Origin: Saprospiraceae bacterium
Lineage (GTDB): Bacteria; Bacteroidota; Bacteroidia; Chitinophagales; Saprospiraceae
Assembly (NCBI GenBank): GCA_024103005.1
Contig: JAGFJA010000071.1
Coordinates: 13,001-77,000 of the forward strand
Length of the DNA stretch: 64,000 nt
Reading direction: 5' to 3'
Positions 29,968 to 40,330 of the stretch are shown piece by piece. The position numbers and the translations under genes were made by a program. Position 1 is the stretch's first letter; every line of letters begins with the position of its first letter. The notes beneath the pieces are model-generated. The model saw only the letters and a program-made list of their open reading frames with translations. It had not been told where the DNA came from and searched no databases.

Positions 29968-30413
29968 ATGAGGAAGAAGATTTTTATGGGAGCTTTTTTA
30001 CGACCAAAGAGCATAGAACACTTTAACCAAAGGTCGATATATGAATATCTTGGAATTCGTTATTTCAAAAAATTTCTTCCTACGACCGGCGATTTAGCAC
30101 GGAAGAGAAAAAAATTGTTCAAATTGAATAAAAAAATGGCAAGATTGACGAGTTATAGAAGTATGAAAGACAAACAAGAGTCTATGAATTACGCCACCTG
30201 GCAGGCGCATTGATGTATATTATCCTGTTTTTTATTTTTACTGACTTTTCCGATTCTTCGCGTACCGGTATCCGTTGGACAGGAATCATCCTGTTCAATA
30301 CTTTTTTAAATGCAATAATCAACATTTACCCGATCTTCCTTCAAAGATATAACAGATATAGGATAATTGCCATACTTACAAAATATGGTTATAAAAATCC
30401 TTACGATGCATAA
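29968..30413 (+). pseudogene. CrtO-like (glycosyl-diaponeurosporenoate acyltransferase family) small membrane protein split by a frameshift
   Basis: Two ORFs (29923-30213 and 30210-30413) overlap. The second frame is open back to 30159 and reads KYERQTRVYELRHLAGALMYIILFF...YPIFLQRYNRYRI, which matches the remembered family motifs E..R.E..H and QRYNR.R. The N-terminal half is in the other frame. Confidence 0.45.
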
Positions 30414-30605
30414 TATAAAATTTATACTTATTAGCAAAACGGATAAATGACAACAAGCACCCTACCCTAAATAGGATAAACTTTCAAAATCCCAATTAAT
30501 TCCGGTAAAATAAAAATGCATACCATAACCTGATTTAATATCAAATCCATCAGTGCTTTATTTGGGTTATATTTGTATTTTTGCAACAGTTAATCATAAA
30601 CATTA

Positions 30606-31226
30606 ATGTATAAATATCTCATTTTTTGTGGCCTGGTGTTATTTTTTGGTTGTAAAAATGACCATAAAAACTACGAACAGGAAATGATTGAAGTCAGTGA
30701 TGACACTGCTCAGCAGACAGTTGAAAGTCTAAGGAATACTGAAGAAGTGCTGGATGTCCCTGAGATTCATCAGGGGAAGGTGAAGCTTATCGACGGGAAG
30801 TATGTCATCATGGCTACTTCATTGATTGAGGCTACTTTACACGAGGATTACAATAACATTGCCAATGTGTGCGAACTATATCCGGAAACTTTTAAAGTTA
30901 CGGCAAAAAAAACCGGTGATACACCATCAGCCAGCAGGGATTCTGTCATTACTCTACAATATAAAACTTCATTCATTGAGTTTAGAAAAAAACAGGGACT
31001 GCCGGATCAGTTACTTATTGCCAGCCTGGAAGATGAAAATTTTCTCTTACAAAACGGACTACACACCGGCATTGACAGGGAAGAAGCACTAGCTAAATTT
31101 GGTATTACAGAGCAGATTCCGCAAGATATGATAGAGGTGCTGAGTGCAGACAATAAGGATAAAATCATTCTCTTCCTCAAAAAAGACACCTTGGTAAAGA
31201 TAGAAATTGTTCCGTCAAATAAATAG
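30606..31226 (+). CDS. Hypothetical lipoprotein
   Basis: A lipobox-like signal is present (MYKYLIFCGLVLFFGC). I recognise no family motif. Confidence 0.55.
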   Translation: MYKYLIFCGLVLFFGCKNDHKNYEQEMIEVSDDTAQQTVESLRNTEEVLDVPEIHQGKVKLIDGKYVIMATSLIEATLHEDYNNIANVCELYPETFKVTAKKTGDTPSASRDSVITLQYKTSFIEFRKKQGLPDQLLIASLEDENFLLQNGLHTGIDREEALAKFGITEQIPQDMIEVLSADNKDKIILFLKKDTLVKIEIVPSNK

Positions 31227-31268
31227 TGTTTGCTACCAACAAACCACTTTAAAAAATATCCGTAAAAA

Positions 31269-31300
31269 TTTGGTCAATTATATTGTACATCGTATCTTTG
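31269..31300 (+). promoter_or_regulatory. Bacteroidota consensus promoter of the rimP-nusA-infB operon
   Basis: TTTG (31269-31272) is followed by a 20-nt spacer and then TAtcTTTG (31293-31300). Confidence 0.6.
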
Positions 31301-31321
31301 CGCCAAGATTGTGACGAATTG

Positions 31322-31355
31322 ATAGGGAGCATTAAGTTCCCTATTTTATTTTATT
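31322..31355 (+). terminator. Leader hairpin plus U-tract just upstream of the rimP ATG (candidate attenuator)
   Basis: The stem ataggga (31322-31328) pairs with tccctat (31338-31344) and is followed by tttattttatt. The ATG is at 31359. Confidence 0.45.
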
Positions 31356-31358
31356 ACT

Positions 31359-31832
31359 ATGGTATTGGAACAACAGATAAAGCAAATTGTAGAAGAATTT
31401 TTTCAACAATCGGAACGAAATGACTGTTTTGTGGTCGATGTCATCCTAAAACTTAACAAATTAGAGATCTTTATTGACAGTGACAATGCAGTCGATTTTG
31501 AAATATGCAAAAAAGTAAGCCGGGAAGTAGAAAAATTCCTCGACGAAAGCAAGATGCTGGGCGAAGATTATCTGCTGGAAGTATCATCACCCGGGCTTAG
31601 CCGACCACTTAAACTGGCACGTCAGTTTATTAAAAATATCGGACGAGAGGTCACCCTGACAGATACTGATAAATCAAAAGTCAAGGGAATTCTGAGCGGA
31701 GCTGATGAAAATAATTTTCAGATAACCAACACCATTAGTCGTAAAGAAGGCAAGAAAAAAATTACTGAACAACAGACACTTACCTTCCCTTATAATGAGG
31801 ATCGTAAAGTGATCATCAATATTAAATTTTAA
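31359..31832 (+). CDS. rimP: Ribosome maturation factor RimP
   Basis: The 157-aa product contains the LEVSSPGLSRPLK motif, and the gene sits directly upstream of nusA. Confidence 0.85.
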   Translation: MVLEQQIKQIVEEFFQQSERNDCFVVDVILKLNKLEIFIDSDNAVDFEICKKVSREVEKFLDESKMLGEDYLLEVSSPGLSRPLKLARQFIKNIGREVTLTDTDKSKVKGILSGADENNFQITNTISRKEGKKKITEQQTLTFPYNEDRKVIINIKF

Positions 31833-31852
31833 TTCAATTTAAATTTGTTAAA

Positions 31853-33091
31853 ATGAATTTAACAGAAACCTTTAAGGATTTTAAAGACGGAAAAAACATC
31901 GACAGACCAACTATGATGAGGGTTTTGGAGGATGTATTCCGCACTTTGATCAAAAAGAAATACGGATCAGATGAAAACTTTGACGTCATCGTCAACATGA
32001 ATACCGGAGACCTTGAACTCTGGCGCCGTCGTACAATTGTTCCCGACGGAGAAGTCACTGACGAATTAACTGAAATTTCAATTACGGAAGCATTGGAATT
32101 GGATGAAGATTACGAGGTCGGTGATGAATGCAACGAAAAGGTTGAAACAGAAGAGTTTGGCAGAAGAGCAGTTATGGCCGCACGCCAGACGCTTGTTTCA
32201 AGAATCATGGAGCTTGAAAAAGATGAAATATATAAACGGTATGAAGACCGCATAGGTGACCTGGTAACGGGTGAAATCCACCAGGTACTTGGGAAGGAAG
32301 TTCTCGTACTGGATGATGCGACCGGTCAGGAGTTGGTTTTACCCAAGACCGAGATGATTCGCGGAGACTTCTTCAGAAAAGGCGAATCTACCAGAGGCGT
32401 TATTAAGAAAGTAGAGATGCGTAATAACCTGCCCATTATTACACTTTCACGTACAGAACCATTATTCCTTGAAAGATTGATGGAGCAAGAAGTTCCAGAG
32501 ATAGAAGACGGCTTGATTACCATCAAGAAAATAGTGAGAATTCCGGGCGAAAGAGCAAAGGTCGCCGTAGAATCTTATGACGACAGGATTGATCCGGTTG
32601 GAGCATGTGTCGGGATGAAAGGAAGCCGTATCCATGGGATAGTGAGGGAATTGCGCAACGAAAATATTGACATTGTTAATTTTACAACAAATACCGTACT
32701 TTATATACAAAGGTCATTGACACCTGCTAAAATAACGGATATACAGATATTCCCTGAAACAATGAAGGCTTCTGTATTTTTAAAGCCGGATCAGGTTTCT
32801 CTGGCTATCGGCAAAAACGGTAGCAACATTAAACTGGCATCCAAATTAACAGGATTTGAAATAGATGTATATCGTGATACGGACGACACCGAACTGGATG
32901 ATGTCGAACTGGATGAATTTGTAGATGAAATAGATGAATGGATCATCGATTCACTCAAAGCCATCGGCTGCGACACCGCAAGAAGTGTACTCCGCCTCAC
33001 AGTAGATGAATTAATGCGTCGTGCAGACCTCGAAGAAGATACTGCAAGAGAAGTTATTCGTATTCTTGAAGCAGAACTGGAAGATGAATAG
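31853..33091 (+). CDS. nusA: Transcription termination/antitermination factor NusA
   Basis: The S1 and KH regions are recognisable (GDLVTGEIHQV, ERAKVAVES.DDRIDPVGACVGMKGSRI, LAIGKNGSNIKLASKLTG). The gene ends in TAG. Confidence 0.92.
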   Translation: MNLTETFKDFKDGKNIDRPTMMRVLEDVFRTLIKKKYGSDENFDVIVNMNTGDLELWRRRTIVPDGEVTDELTEISITEALELDEDYEVGDECNEKVETEEFGRRAVMAARQTLVSRIMELEKDEIYKRYEDRIGDLVTGEIHQVLGKEVLVLDDATGQELVLPKTEMIRGDFFRKGESTRGVIKKVEMRNNLPIITLSRTEPLFLERLMEQEVPEIEDGLITIKKIVRIPGERAKVAVESYDDRIDPVGACVGMKGSRIHGIVRELRNENIDIVNFTTNTVLYIQRSLTPAKITDIQIFPETMKASVFLKPDQVSLAIGKNGSNIKLASKLTGFEIDVYRDTDDTELDDVELDEFVDEIDEWIIDSLKAIGCDTARSVLRLTVDELMRRADLEEDTAREVIRILEAELEDE

Positions 33092-33107
33092 GCTGATATT
33101 ACAATAA

Positions 33108-33135
33108 GATTGGCAAGAAAGTTTTTTTGCCAATC
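33108..33135 (+). other. Intercistronic hairpin between nusA and infB
   Basis: The 9-bp stem gattggcaa (33108-33116) pairs with ttgccaatc (33127-33135). No clear U-tract follows. Confidence 0.45.
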
Positions 33136-33159
33136 TCATTTGAATTAAAATTTATAATA

Positions 33160-33167
33160 TACTTTTG
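33160..33167 (+). promoter_or_regulatory. Possible internal -7 box upstream of infB
   Basis: The box reads TActTTTG. The nearest upstream TTTG (33139-33142) is only 17 nt away, so the spacing is suboptimal. Confidence 0.35.
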
Positions 33168-33222
33168 TGCAAATTTCCGGTTGACACAGAGTTTATCAAA
33201 TCGACCGGAACAAATTTTTTGA

Positions 33223-36033
33223 ATGGCAAAAAAACAATTAATACAGGTAGTCAGAGAATTAAGTGTCGGCATGGACACCATCCACGACTTTCTGATTTCC
33301 AAAGGCTTTGAACTTGAAAAGAAGCCTAATGCTAAGCTTACGGACGAAATGTACGATGCTGTTCTGATAGAATATCAAAATGATCTCGCTATCAAGAATA
33401 AAGCTGAGCAAATGGCCCTTTCTAGCCGTAGTACAACTAAAAAGGAAGAGAAACTCGAAACTCCGCATCCTCCAAAAGAAATACATGAGGCTAAAAAGGA
33501 AGAAGTCCATCATCCCGAAACCTCTACGCCTCCGTCCGAACAGACTCACACAGAGGATGAAACTCCCGCTAATGAAGAACATAAGCCCGAACTGAAGGTC
33601 GTTGGAAAAATCAACCTGGATGACCTGAAACCCAAAAAGAAAACATCTCAGCCAAAAATTAAAGAAGAAGAGAAAGCTGAAGATAAGCCTGAAAATCCTG
33701 AAACAGAAGAAGTTATCACTCATACTCCTTCTGTTGATGACGATCTACCTCAGGCATCAACAGATGATGAAAACCAACAACAGGGTCACAATGACGAAGA
33801 TCCTGAAGATGTGTTCAGAGCAGAAGCGCCTACACTGAAAGGACTTAAAATTGTAGGTAAAATAAATACAGATAAAATATCCAAACCACCTACCCGCAAG
33901 AAAGAAGAACCCGCAAAAGAACAAAAGCCAAGTGGCCAGAATAAAGGAGAACAAAATGCCCAAGGCTCTTCCGAAGAACAACGGAAAAAACGCAAACGCA
34001 AAAAACTCCCGTTAAACCTCAGTCACGGAAATAGCCTACAAGATCAGAATATCCGCAGTGGTGATGGCCACGGCAAGGGAGGAAGAAGGCACTCGCCTGA
34101 AATTGTCAAAGAAGTTTCACAAAAGGAAATTGACGACAAGATTAAGAGCACAATGGCCAGAATCAACGTCGGCGGGAAAAACAAAAGGGCTAAAATCAGA
34201 CGCGATAAAAGGGAAACTATCCGTGAAAAAACTGAAGCGCTTGAATCAGCTGCTGCTAATGACAAGCTGCAAGTCACTGAATTCATCTCCGTTTCAGAGC
34301 TGGCATCCTTACTCAATATTCCCGCAATCCAGGTCATCACTACCTGCATGAACCTTGGCGTATTGGTATCAATAAATCAGCGACTGGATGCTGAAATCAT
34401 CGAACTGGTAGCATCAGAATTTGAAAAAGAAGTAGAATTTATCAGTGCAGAAGATGATACGGACTTCGACACAACGGAAGAAGAAGATAGCGAAGAATCG
34501 CTCGTAACCAGGGCGCCTATCATCACCGTGATGGGGCACGTGGACCATGGTAAAACATCCTTACTTGACTACATACGGAAGGCGAATGTCGTAAGCGGTG
34601 AAGCCGGGGGAATCACACAGCACATCGGAGCTTATGAAGTAATGGTCAATGGCAAAAAAATCGTCTTCCTCGACACTCCGGGTCACGAAGCATTTACAGC
34701 CATGAGAGCAAGGGGTGCAAAAATAACCGACGTAGCCATAGTTATCATAGCTGCGGATGACAGTATCATGCCACAGACCCGAGAAGCAATCTCGCACGCC
34801 CAGGCAGCTGGCGTACCGATTGTATTTGCCATTAATAAAATAGACAAACCGGGAGCAGATCCAGAAAAAATTAAAAATGAACTGGCACAGATGAACCTCC
34901 TGGTAGAGGAATGGGGAGGAAAATATCAATCTCAGGACATTTCTTCCAAAACAGGTCAAAATATTGACCTCCTGCTGGAAAAAATACTTTTAGAAGCCGA
35001 ATTGCTTGACCTGAAAGCCAATCCTGACCGCATGTCAAATGGAACCGTAATCGAAGCCTCTCTGGATAAAGGTCGTGGTTATGTAACTAAATTACTGGTT
35101 CAAAACGGAACTCTTAACCAGTCAGACTATATTGTAGCAGGTGAATACAGTGGCCGAATCAAGGCAATGTTCAACGAAAGAGGTAAAAAAGTTAAATCGG
35201 CAGGACCATCTACTCCCGTCCTGGTACTAGGACTTTCCGGAGCACCCCAGGCAGGTGACAAATTTAAAGAATTTGAAAATGAAGGCGAAGGCAGACAAAT
35301 AGCTGCCCGCCGCGCACAAATCAACAGAGAGCAAACCAATCGTGCTACACGCCGAATAAGCCTGGATGATATCGGAAGACGCCTGGCTCTGGGTACATTT
35401 AAAGAACTCAACCTCATCATCAAGGGTGACGTGGATGGTTCCATCGAAGCTCTTGCTGATTCACTAATTAAACTATCTGTTGAAACAATCCAGGTGAATG
35501 TCATCCACAAGGCAGTTGGCCAGATTACCGAATCAGATATTATGCTGGCTTCCGCATCAGACGCCATCATCATCGGATTCCAGGTGCGCCCTTCCATAGG
35601 TGCACGGAAAGCTGCCGAAAAAGAAGGTGTTCAGATTAAAACATACTCCATCATTTACGAAGCCATCAACGAGGTAAAAACAGCGATGGAAGGTATGCTC
35701 GAACCGACTAAAGAAGAAACAATCTCCTGCGAAATCGTTGTTCGTGAAGTTTATAAAATCAGTAAGGTGGGTACCGTTATCGGCGCCTACGTTCAGGAAG
35801 GTAAGGTTACAAAATCAACTTATGTCCGTGTCATACGCGATGGTATCGTAATATATCCGGCCAAAGAAAATATCCACGGTGAAATCGGTACACTTAAGAG
35901 ATTTAAAGATGATGTCAAGGAAGTAAAAGCAGGCTTTGAATGCGGTCTGACCATAAAGAACTTTAATGATATCAAAGTGGATGATATCATCGAAGGATAC
36001 ATCATTACTGAAGTAAAACAGACACTTTCTTAA
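33223..36033 (+). CDS. infB: Translation initiation factor IF-2
   Basis: The GTPase motifs are present ([23 protein letters not shown]). The N-terminal region is low-complexity and rich in K/E/P. Confidence 0.93.
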   Translation: MAKKQLIQVVRELSVGMDTIHDFLISKGFELEKKPNAKLTDEMYDAVLIEYQNDLAIKNKAEQMALSSRSTTKKEEKLETPHPPKEIHEAKKEEVHHPETSTPPSEQTHTEDETPANEEHKPELKVVGKINLDDLKPKKKTSQPKIKEEEKAEDKPENPETEEVITHTPSVDDDLPQASTDDENQQQGHNDEDPEDVFRAEAPTLKGLKIVGKINTDKISKPPTRKKEEPAKEQKPSGQNKGEQNAQGSSEEQRKKRKRKKLPLNLSHGNSLQDQNIRSGDGHGKGGRRHSPEIVKEVSQKEIDDKIKSTMARINVGGKNKRAKIRRDKRETIREKTEALESAAANDKLQVTEFISVSELASLLNIPAIQVITTCMNLGVLVSINQRLDAEIIELVASEFEKEVEFISAEDDTDFDTTEEEDSEESLVTRAPIITVMGHVDHGKTSLLDYIRKANVVSGEAGGITQHIGAYEVMVNGKKIVFLDTPGHEAFTAMRARGAKITDVAIVIIAADDSIMPQTREAISHAQAAGVPIVFAINKIDKPGADPEKIKNELAQMNLLVEEWGGKYQSQDISSKTGQNIDLLLEKILLEAELLDLKANPDRMSNGTVIEASLDKGRGYVTKLLVQNGTLNQSDYIVAGEYSGRIKAMFNERGKKVKSAGPSTPVLVLGLSGAPQAGDKFKEFENEGEGRQIAARRAQINREQTNRATRRISLDDIGRRLALGTFKELNLIIKGDVDGSIEALADSLIKLSVETIQVNVIHKAVGQITESDIMLASASDAIIIGFQVRPSIGARKAAEKEGVQIKTYSIIYEAINEVKTAMEGMLEPTKEETISCEIVVREVYKISKVGTVIGAYVQEGKVTKSTYVRVIRDGIVIYPAKENIHGEIGTLKRFKDDVKEVKAGFECGLTIKNFNDIKVDDIIEGYIITEVKQTLS

Positions 36034-36043
36034 GCCGGACTTA

Positions 36044-36814
36044 ATGTATTCAGGTGATTTAAAAAAGTATCTGGATGCCCTGGTATCCAAATACAATACT
36101 TCGTCTTTTATAGAAACCGACCCCATTTCAATACCCAAAAAATTTAAAGAAAAACAGGATATTGAAATTACCGGTTTCTGGACAGCTATTCTGTCATGGG
36201 GACGCCGCTCCACCATCATTGCAAAAGCTGACGAATTGATAAAATATATGGAAAACAGCCCCTACGATTTTATCAAAAATCACTCTGAACAAGACAGGAA
36301 ACCGTTTCTTCAATTCAGACATAGGACTTTTCAACCGGATGACACTGTTTTCTTTTTACATTTTCTGCAAGAGTTCTACAACCGATATGACTCTCTGGAG
36401 GAAGCTTTTATGATTGATGGCGAAAGCCGGGGCATAGAAGCAGGCCTCATTCATTTCCATAAGTTATTTGCATCCGATCCATGGAGACCGCAGCGAACAT
36501 TAAAGCACATTTCAACACCTGAAAAAAACTCAGCCTGCAAACGGCTGAATATGTTTTTACGATGGATGGTAAGAAAGGATAAAAAAGGAGTGGATTTTGG
36601 ATTATGGAAAAAATTTTCATCCTCCGAACTCATGGTGCCTCTGGATATCCACGTGGGTAGAGTAGCCAGAAAGTTAGGTCTCCTGGAAAGGAAAAATGAT
36701 GACTGGCTTGCAGTAAAAGAGCTGACGCAAAGATTAAGTGATTTTGATGCATCCGACCCGGTAAAATACGATTATGCCTTATTTTCACTGGGGTTAGAAG
36801 GTATTATGGGATAA
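36044..36814 (+). CDS. TIGR02757/DUF2400-family protein
   Basis: The pattern TDPISIPKKF...ITGFWTAILSWGRR...VPLDIHVGRVARKLGL matches my memory of the family. Confidence 0.65.
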   Translation: MYSGDLKKYLDALVSKYNTSSFIETDPISIPKKFKEKQDIEITGFWTAILSWGRRSTIIAKADELIKYMENSPYDFIKNHSEQDRKPFLQFRHRTFQPDDTVFFLHFLQEFYNRYDSLEEAFMIDGESRGIEAGLIHFHKLFASDPWRPQRTLKHISTPEKNSACKRLNMFLRWMVRKDKKGVDFGLWKKFSSSELMVPLDIHVGRVARKLGLLERKNDDWLAVKELTQRLSDFDASDPVKYDYALFSLGLEGIMG

Positions 36815-38195
36815 CCTTATCGGGGTTTAATATGTGATTGGGATCAAAAACGGCTTTTATGCCTTTCATAATTGTCAATTCAGGTTCTGAAAACTGCAAA
36901 TGCATAAAAGGCCGATTTAATAAACCAATTCCGTGCTCGCCGGATAAAACACCACCCAATTCTATCACTTTTTTGAAAATCTCCTCAATACCTTCTCTCA
37001 ATATTTTGTTCCATTCTGTATCATCCTTATTCTCCCGGAGTATATTTACATGAATATTACCATTGGCGGCATGTCCATAACAGATTGACCTAAAATTATA
37101 CTTATTCCCGACTTCTTTGACTATTTCAATTAAACGAACCAACATACTGACGGGTACGACCGTATCGACTTCACGGTAAATGGAGTGATGTCTCACAGCG
37201 ACTCCGATCAACTTTCTGATACGCCATAGTTTTTGCCGGGACTGCTCGGAATCAGAAACTAAAATATTCAGACTGGGCATAGGATCCAGCAATTCTCCTA
37301 TTCTTATCATTTCTTCCTCAAGATCTTCGTTACCTTTAGCTTCCAGATCGATCAAAAGATGACAGGCACAATCAGGTTCAAGCTCAATTGACAGGTTATC
37401 TTCATACCCGGCTACAATTTCAATGGCGGCACGTTCCATCCATTCTATTGCCGAAATATTAACTCCTGACTTACGAAGAGCTAAAATAGCGTTAAGCCCA
37501 TCTTCATAACTGGCAAATGAAATCAAAACTGTACCTTCCGTAATCGGGGGCCTTACCAGCTTCAAAGAAATTTCTCCTACTACTGCAAGAGTGCCTTCAC
37601 TTCCGCAAATAAGCTGCGTCAGATTATATCCGGTAGAACTTTTTTCTACATGATTGCCCGTATGAATAATCGTCCCATCAGCCATCACCAACGTCAGCGC
37701 ATTGACATACTGCTTTGTTGAACCGTACTTAAATGAATGGGGACCGGCAGCATTGGTATTTACATGACCGCCTATAAGGCTTGTTCCGCTGCTCGCCGGG
37801 TCAACCGGATAATACCAGCCCCTCTCTCTGACGTATGACTTCAAAAGATCTACAATCATACCCGGCATAATCCGAATGATTCCACTCTCCTCATCAAATG
37901 AGATAACTTGGTTCATCTTGTCCATAATCATCAGCACTCCTCCAGGTACTGATACAGAATTACCTGAAAGGCCTGTACCTGCACCTCTCGGTGTCAACGG
38001 TATCTTCAACCGGTTACAATTGCTTAAAACGAAGCTGATATCTTCGATATTCAACGGATAGACTACCAAACCGGGACGTGCATGATACACACCGGTCTCA
38101 TCTAGGCTGAATGAATCAAGCAGCCCTTCATCGCTTACAATCTGGTCAGGCTGGAGTCTTTCATTTAAAATATTCTCCAATAATTTAATCTCCAT
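36804..38195 (-). CDS. FAD-linked oxidase (GlcD/D-lactate dehydrogenase family)
   Basis: The FAD-binding PCMH region is present (PRGAGTGLSGNSV), as is the C-terminal GGVLSGEHGIG motif. The 3' end overlaps the convergent gene by 11 nt. Confidence 0.8.
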   Translation of the reverse strand: MEIKLLENILNERLQPDQIVSDEGLLDSFSLDETGVYHARPGLVVYPLNIEDISFVLSNCNRLKIPLTPRGAGTGLSGNSVSVPGGVLMIMDKMNQVISFDEESGIIRIMPGMIVDLLKSYVRERGWYYPVDPASSGTSLIGGHVNTNAAGPHSFKYGSTKQYVNALTLVMADGTIIHTGNHVEKSSTGYNLTQLICGSEGTLAVVGEISLKLVRPPITEGTVLISFASYEDGLNAILALRKSGVNISAIEWMERAAIEIVAGYEDNLSIELEPDCACHLLIDLEAKGNEDLEEEMIRIGELLDPMPSLNILVSDSEQSRQKLWRIRKLIGVAVRHHSIYREVDTVVPVSMLVRLIEIVKEVGNKYNFRSICYGHAANGNIHVNILRENKDDTEWNKILREGIEEIFKKVIELGGVLSGEHGIGLLNRPFMHLQFSEPELTIMKGIKAVFDPNHILNPDKVIP

Positions 38196-38207
38196 ACCTG
38201 AAAAACA

Positions 38208-39308
38208 TCACTTATACGGATTAGAAAGAGTCGTATCCCTCAGCACTGCATCATCTGTTAAGGTCTTCAGAAAGGCAATAATTTGCTCACGCTGCTCATG
38301 TGTCAATTGAATTTCGGCTATTAACGGATCTCTTTTTGGTGTAGGATGCCCTCCGCTCATGTAATGATCCATCACCTCCTCAATACTTTTAAACTCACCA
38401 TCATGCATATACGGCCCTGTCAGCATGATATTCCTGAGTGTTGGCGTTCTGAACTTGCCAACATCATTGGTATCCAGTGTAACTTCTGCCCTTCCCTTGT
38501 CAAAAAATTGAAAAGCATAACTCGCCAGAGAAATACCATTGTTAAAATAATCATTTGTCGTAAACATAGGTTCATTATGGCAGTGTCCACACTGAGCATC
38601 AGGAAGAATAAATGGTTGCTTATCAAAAAACATATCCAACCCCTGAGATTCATCAAAATCAAGAAAATCCTTATTCTGCTTAAAGCGATCATACTTGGAC
38701 TCTCCCGTAGAAACAATTGTTCGTTCAAATTGCGCTATAGCCTTGGCAGCCAGCTCTTTGGTTATCTCTTTACGGTCTTTTATCCCAAATGCCTTACGGA
38801 ACAATTGGGGATATGCATTGTGTCGTCTGAGCTTCTGTTCTACCTCAGGCCATGTTGTATGCAGCTCAACCGGATCTGTTACCGGTCCGAGAGCTTGCTC
38901 TTCAAGGGAAGCAGCCCTTCCATCCCAGAACATGCCCTTGTAATTAAAACCTACATCCACCAAAGTCATGCTGCTCCGCCGGCCATTGATTCCATCTACG
39001 CCAATACTTGTAGCTGAGCCGTCTGTAAATGCCAGTTCCTGTTTATGGCAGGAAAAACATCCCATCGTACTGTCACGCGACAAGATTGGATCGTAAAATA
39101 ATCTCCTCCCCAAGGCTATCCCTTCCAATGTAGGAGGATTATCGGCAGGATACTCCATCTTAGGATAGAATGGAGGTCGCTTATACTCGGTAGCGTGAGG
39201 CTCATAAGGGATATACTCCAGGTCACCGGCATCGATGACAGGCTGATCCTTACCGCAAGACAAGATAACAGTAATTAAAAAGAGGAAGATAAATTTTATA
39301 TTCTTCAC
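38208..39308 (-). CDS. Di-haem cytochrome c peroxidase family enzyme (MauG/MbnH-like)
   Basis: It has a lipoprotein-type signal (ITVILSCGKD) and two CxxCH motifs (CFSCH and CGHCH). Confidence 0.8.
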   Translation of the reverse strand: MKNIKFIFLFLITVILSCGKDQPVIDAGDLEYIPYEPHATEYKRPPFYPKMEYPADNPPTLEGIALGRRLFYDPILSRDSTMGCFSCHKQELAFTDGSATSIGVDGINGRRSSMTLVDVGFNYKGMFWDGRAASLEEQALGPVTDPVELHTTWPEVEQKLRRHNAYPQLFRKAFGIKDRKEITKELAAKAIAQFERTIVSTGESKYDRFKQNKDFLDFDESQGLDMFFDKQPFILPDAQCGHCHNEPMFTTNDYFNNGISLASYAFQFFDKGRAEVTLDTNDVGKFRTPTLRNIMLTGPYMHDGEFKSIEEVMDHYMSGGHPTPKRDPLIAEIQLTHEQREQIIAFLKTLTDDAVLRDTTLSNPYK

Positions 39309-39316
39309 AAAAATAA

Positions 39317-40072
39317 CTATTTAAGGCTGAATGCAGATTGATAATTATTCGTCAAAGCTTTGATTACTTCTTCGTTTGATGGTCCGTGTGCCTGGTTAAC
39401 CAATTCCAGATCCAGTTGCTGACCATTCATCACAAACACCTTCTTGACATCAAGAGCTATATGTATCGTATTGTCACTTTTATTCCCATCCAGGGTGATA
39501 GGTCCATTGAGGTGAACTATCTTATAATTCTCGTCAAGTCCGGTGTGAAATGTAAAGCCATTGTTGAAATTGCCGGTGGCGAGTGAATCATATTTCCCCT
39601 CCATCTTGCTGAAAATATATCCATTCCAACCCGCCCAATAATAGGTAGCATCCGACAACGGATTTGAACTCGGATAATCGGCAGGAGTAGTGGCATTTAA
39701 CTCTTTAGGCAGTCCTACACCAAATTCGATTGAATTATATGTACCCGTAGAAATAGTGGGAATTGTAAGTGTCAGACCAGCCTCAGCACCGCCTAAGGAA
39801 TTATTTGACAAGGTGTAATCCACAAAACTCAAATCCGCCAGTCTAACCGTATCATTGCCTTGCAACAACCGAAGATTGGTCAGAAAATAATTAAATCTTG
39901 TCATCTTAATAAATTCACTGCCGTAGGCCTGATTTTGGTTGAATACAAGTGGCACACCATCATAATTGAGTGTAAAAACAACCTTTAAATCAGTCTTTGT
40001 TGGAACTTCATCCTTACTACAAGAAGTGAATAAAAAGGCAGCTAAAACCAGAATAAATGAAATCTTTTTCAT
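39317..40072 (-). CDS. MbnP-family-like lipoprotein, partner of the di-haem peroxidase
   Basis: The lipobox is LFTSCSKD. The pattern ...FNYFLTNLRLL..., FGVGL, YYWAGWNGYIFSKMEGKY and FTFHTG resembles Bacteroidota MbnP-family proteins as I remember them. The gene ends 8 nt upstream of the peroxidase gene. Confidence 0.55.
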   Translation of the reverse strand: MKKISFILVLAAFLFTSCSKDEVPTKTDLKVVFTLNYDGVPLVFNQNQAYGSEFIKMTRFNYFLTNLRLLQGNDTVRLADLSFVDYTLSNNSLGGAEAGLTLTIPTISTGTYNSIEFGVGLPKELNATTPADYPSSNPLSDATYYWAGWNGYIFSKMEGKYDSLATGNFNNGFTFHTGLDENYKIVHLNGPITLDGNKSDNTIHIALDVKKVFVMNGQQLDLELVNQAHGPSNEEVIKALTNNYQSAFSLK

Positions 40073-40253
40073 CGAGATTAAAATATTTTTATTATAACTG
40101 AATATCCTGTAAACAAATAAAAATGTTAAGATATAATTTTAGATAAATTTCAAAAAATTCGCAAAATCCTTTCAAATAATCGGCAAAGTTATTGAAATTC
40201 ACTCAATTACATCCTTTAATAACGATATATTTTTCAATTTGGTTGTAATATAA

Positions 40254-40281
40254 GGACAAATATATCTTTTTTTATTTGTCC
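40254..40281 (-). terminator. Hairpin downstream of the 284-aa lipoprotein gene (weak terminator candidate)
   Basis: The 9-bp stem ggacaaata pairs with tatttgtcc. The flank is T-rich, but there is no clean U-tract. Confidence 0.35.
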
Positions 40282-40330
40282 AAATAATCCCTTCGTTTTT
40301 CTTCAGACAAAAATAAATGAAGCCAATCAG

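Noticed and set aside
33259-35597. Several antisense ORFs (154, 132, 156, 101 aa and others) across infB
   Set aside because: All lie inside IF-2, which has canonical GTPase motifs. The antisense frames reflect the purine-rich, repeat-rich N-terminal coding sequence.
38346-39017. ORF of 223 aa on the plus strand
   Set aside because: It lies entirely antisense within the di-haem peroxidase gene, whose CxxCH motifs and family features are unambiguous. Its translation is low-complexity and rich in I/L/K/R, as expected for a shadow frame.
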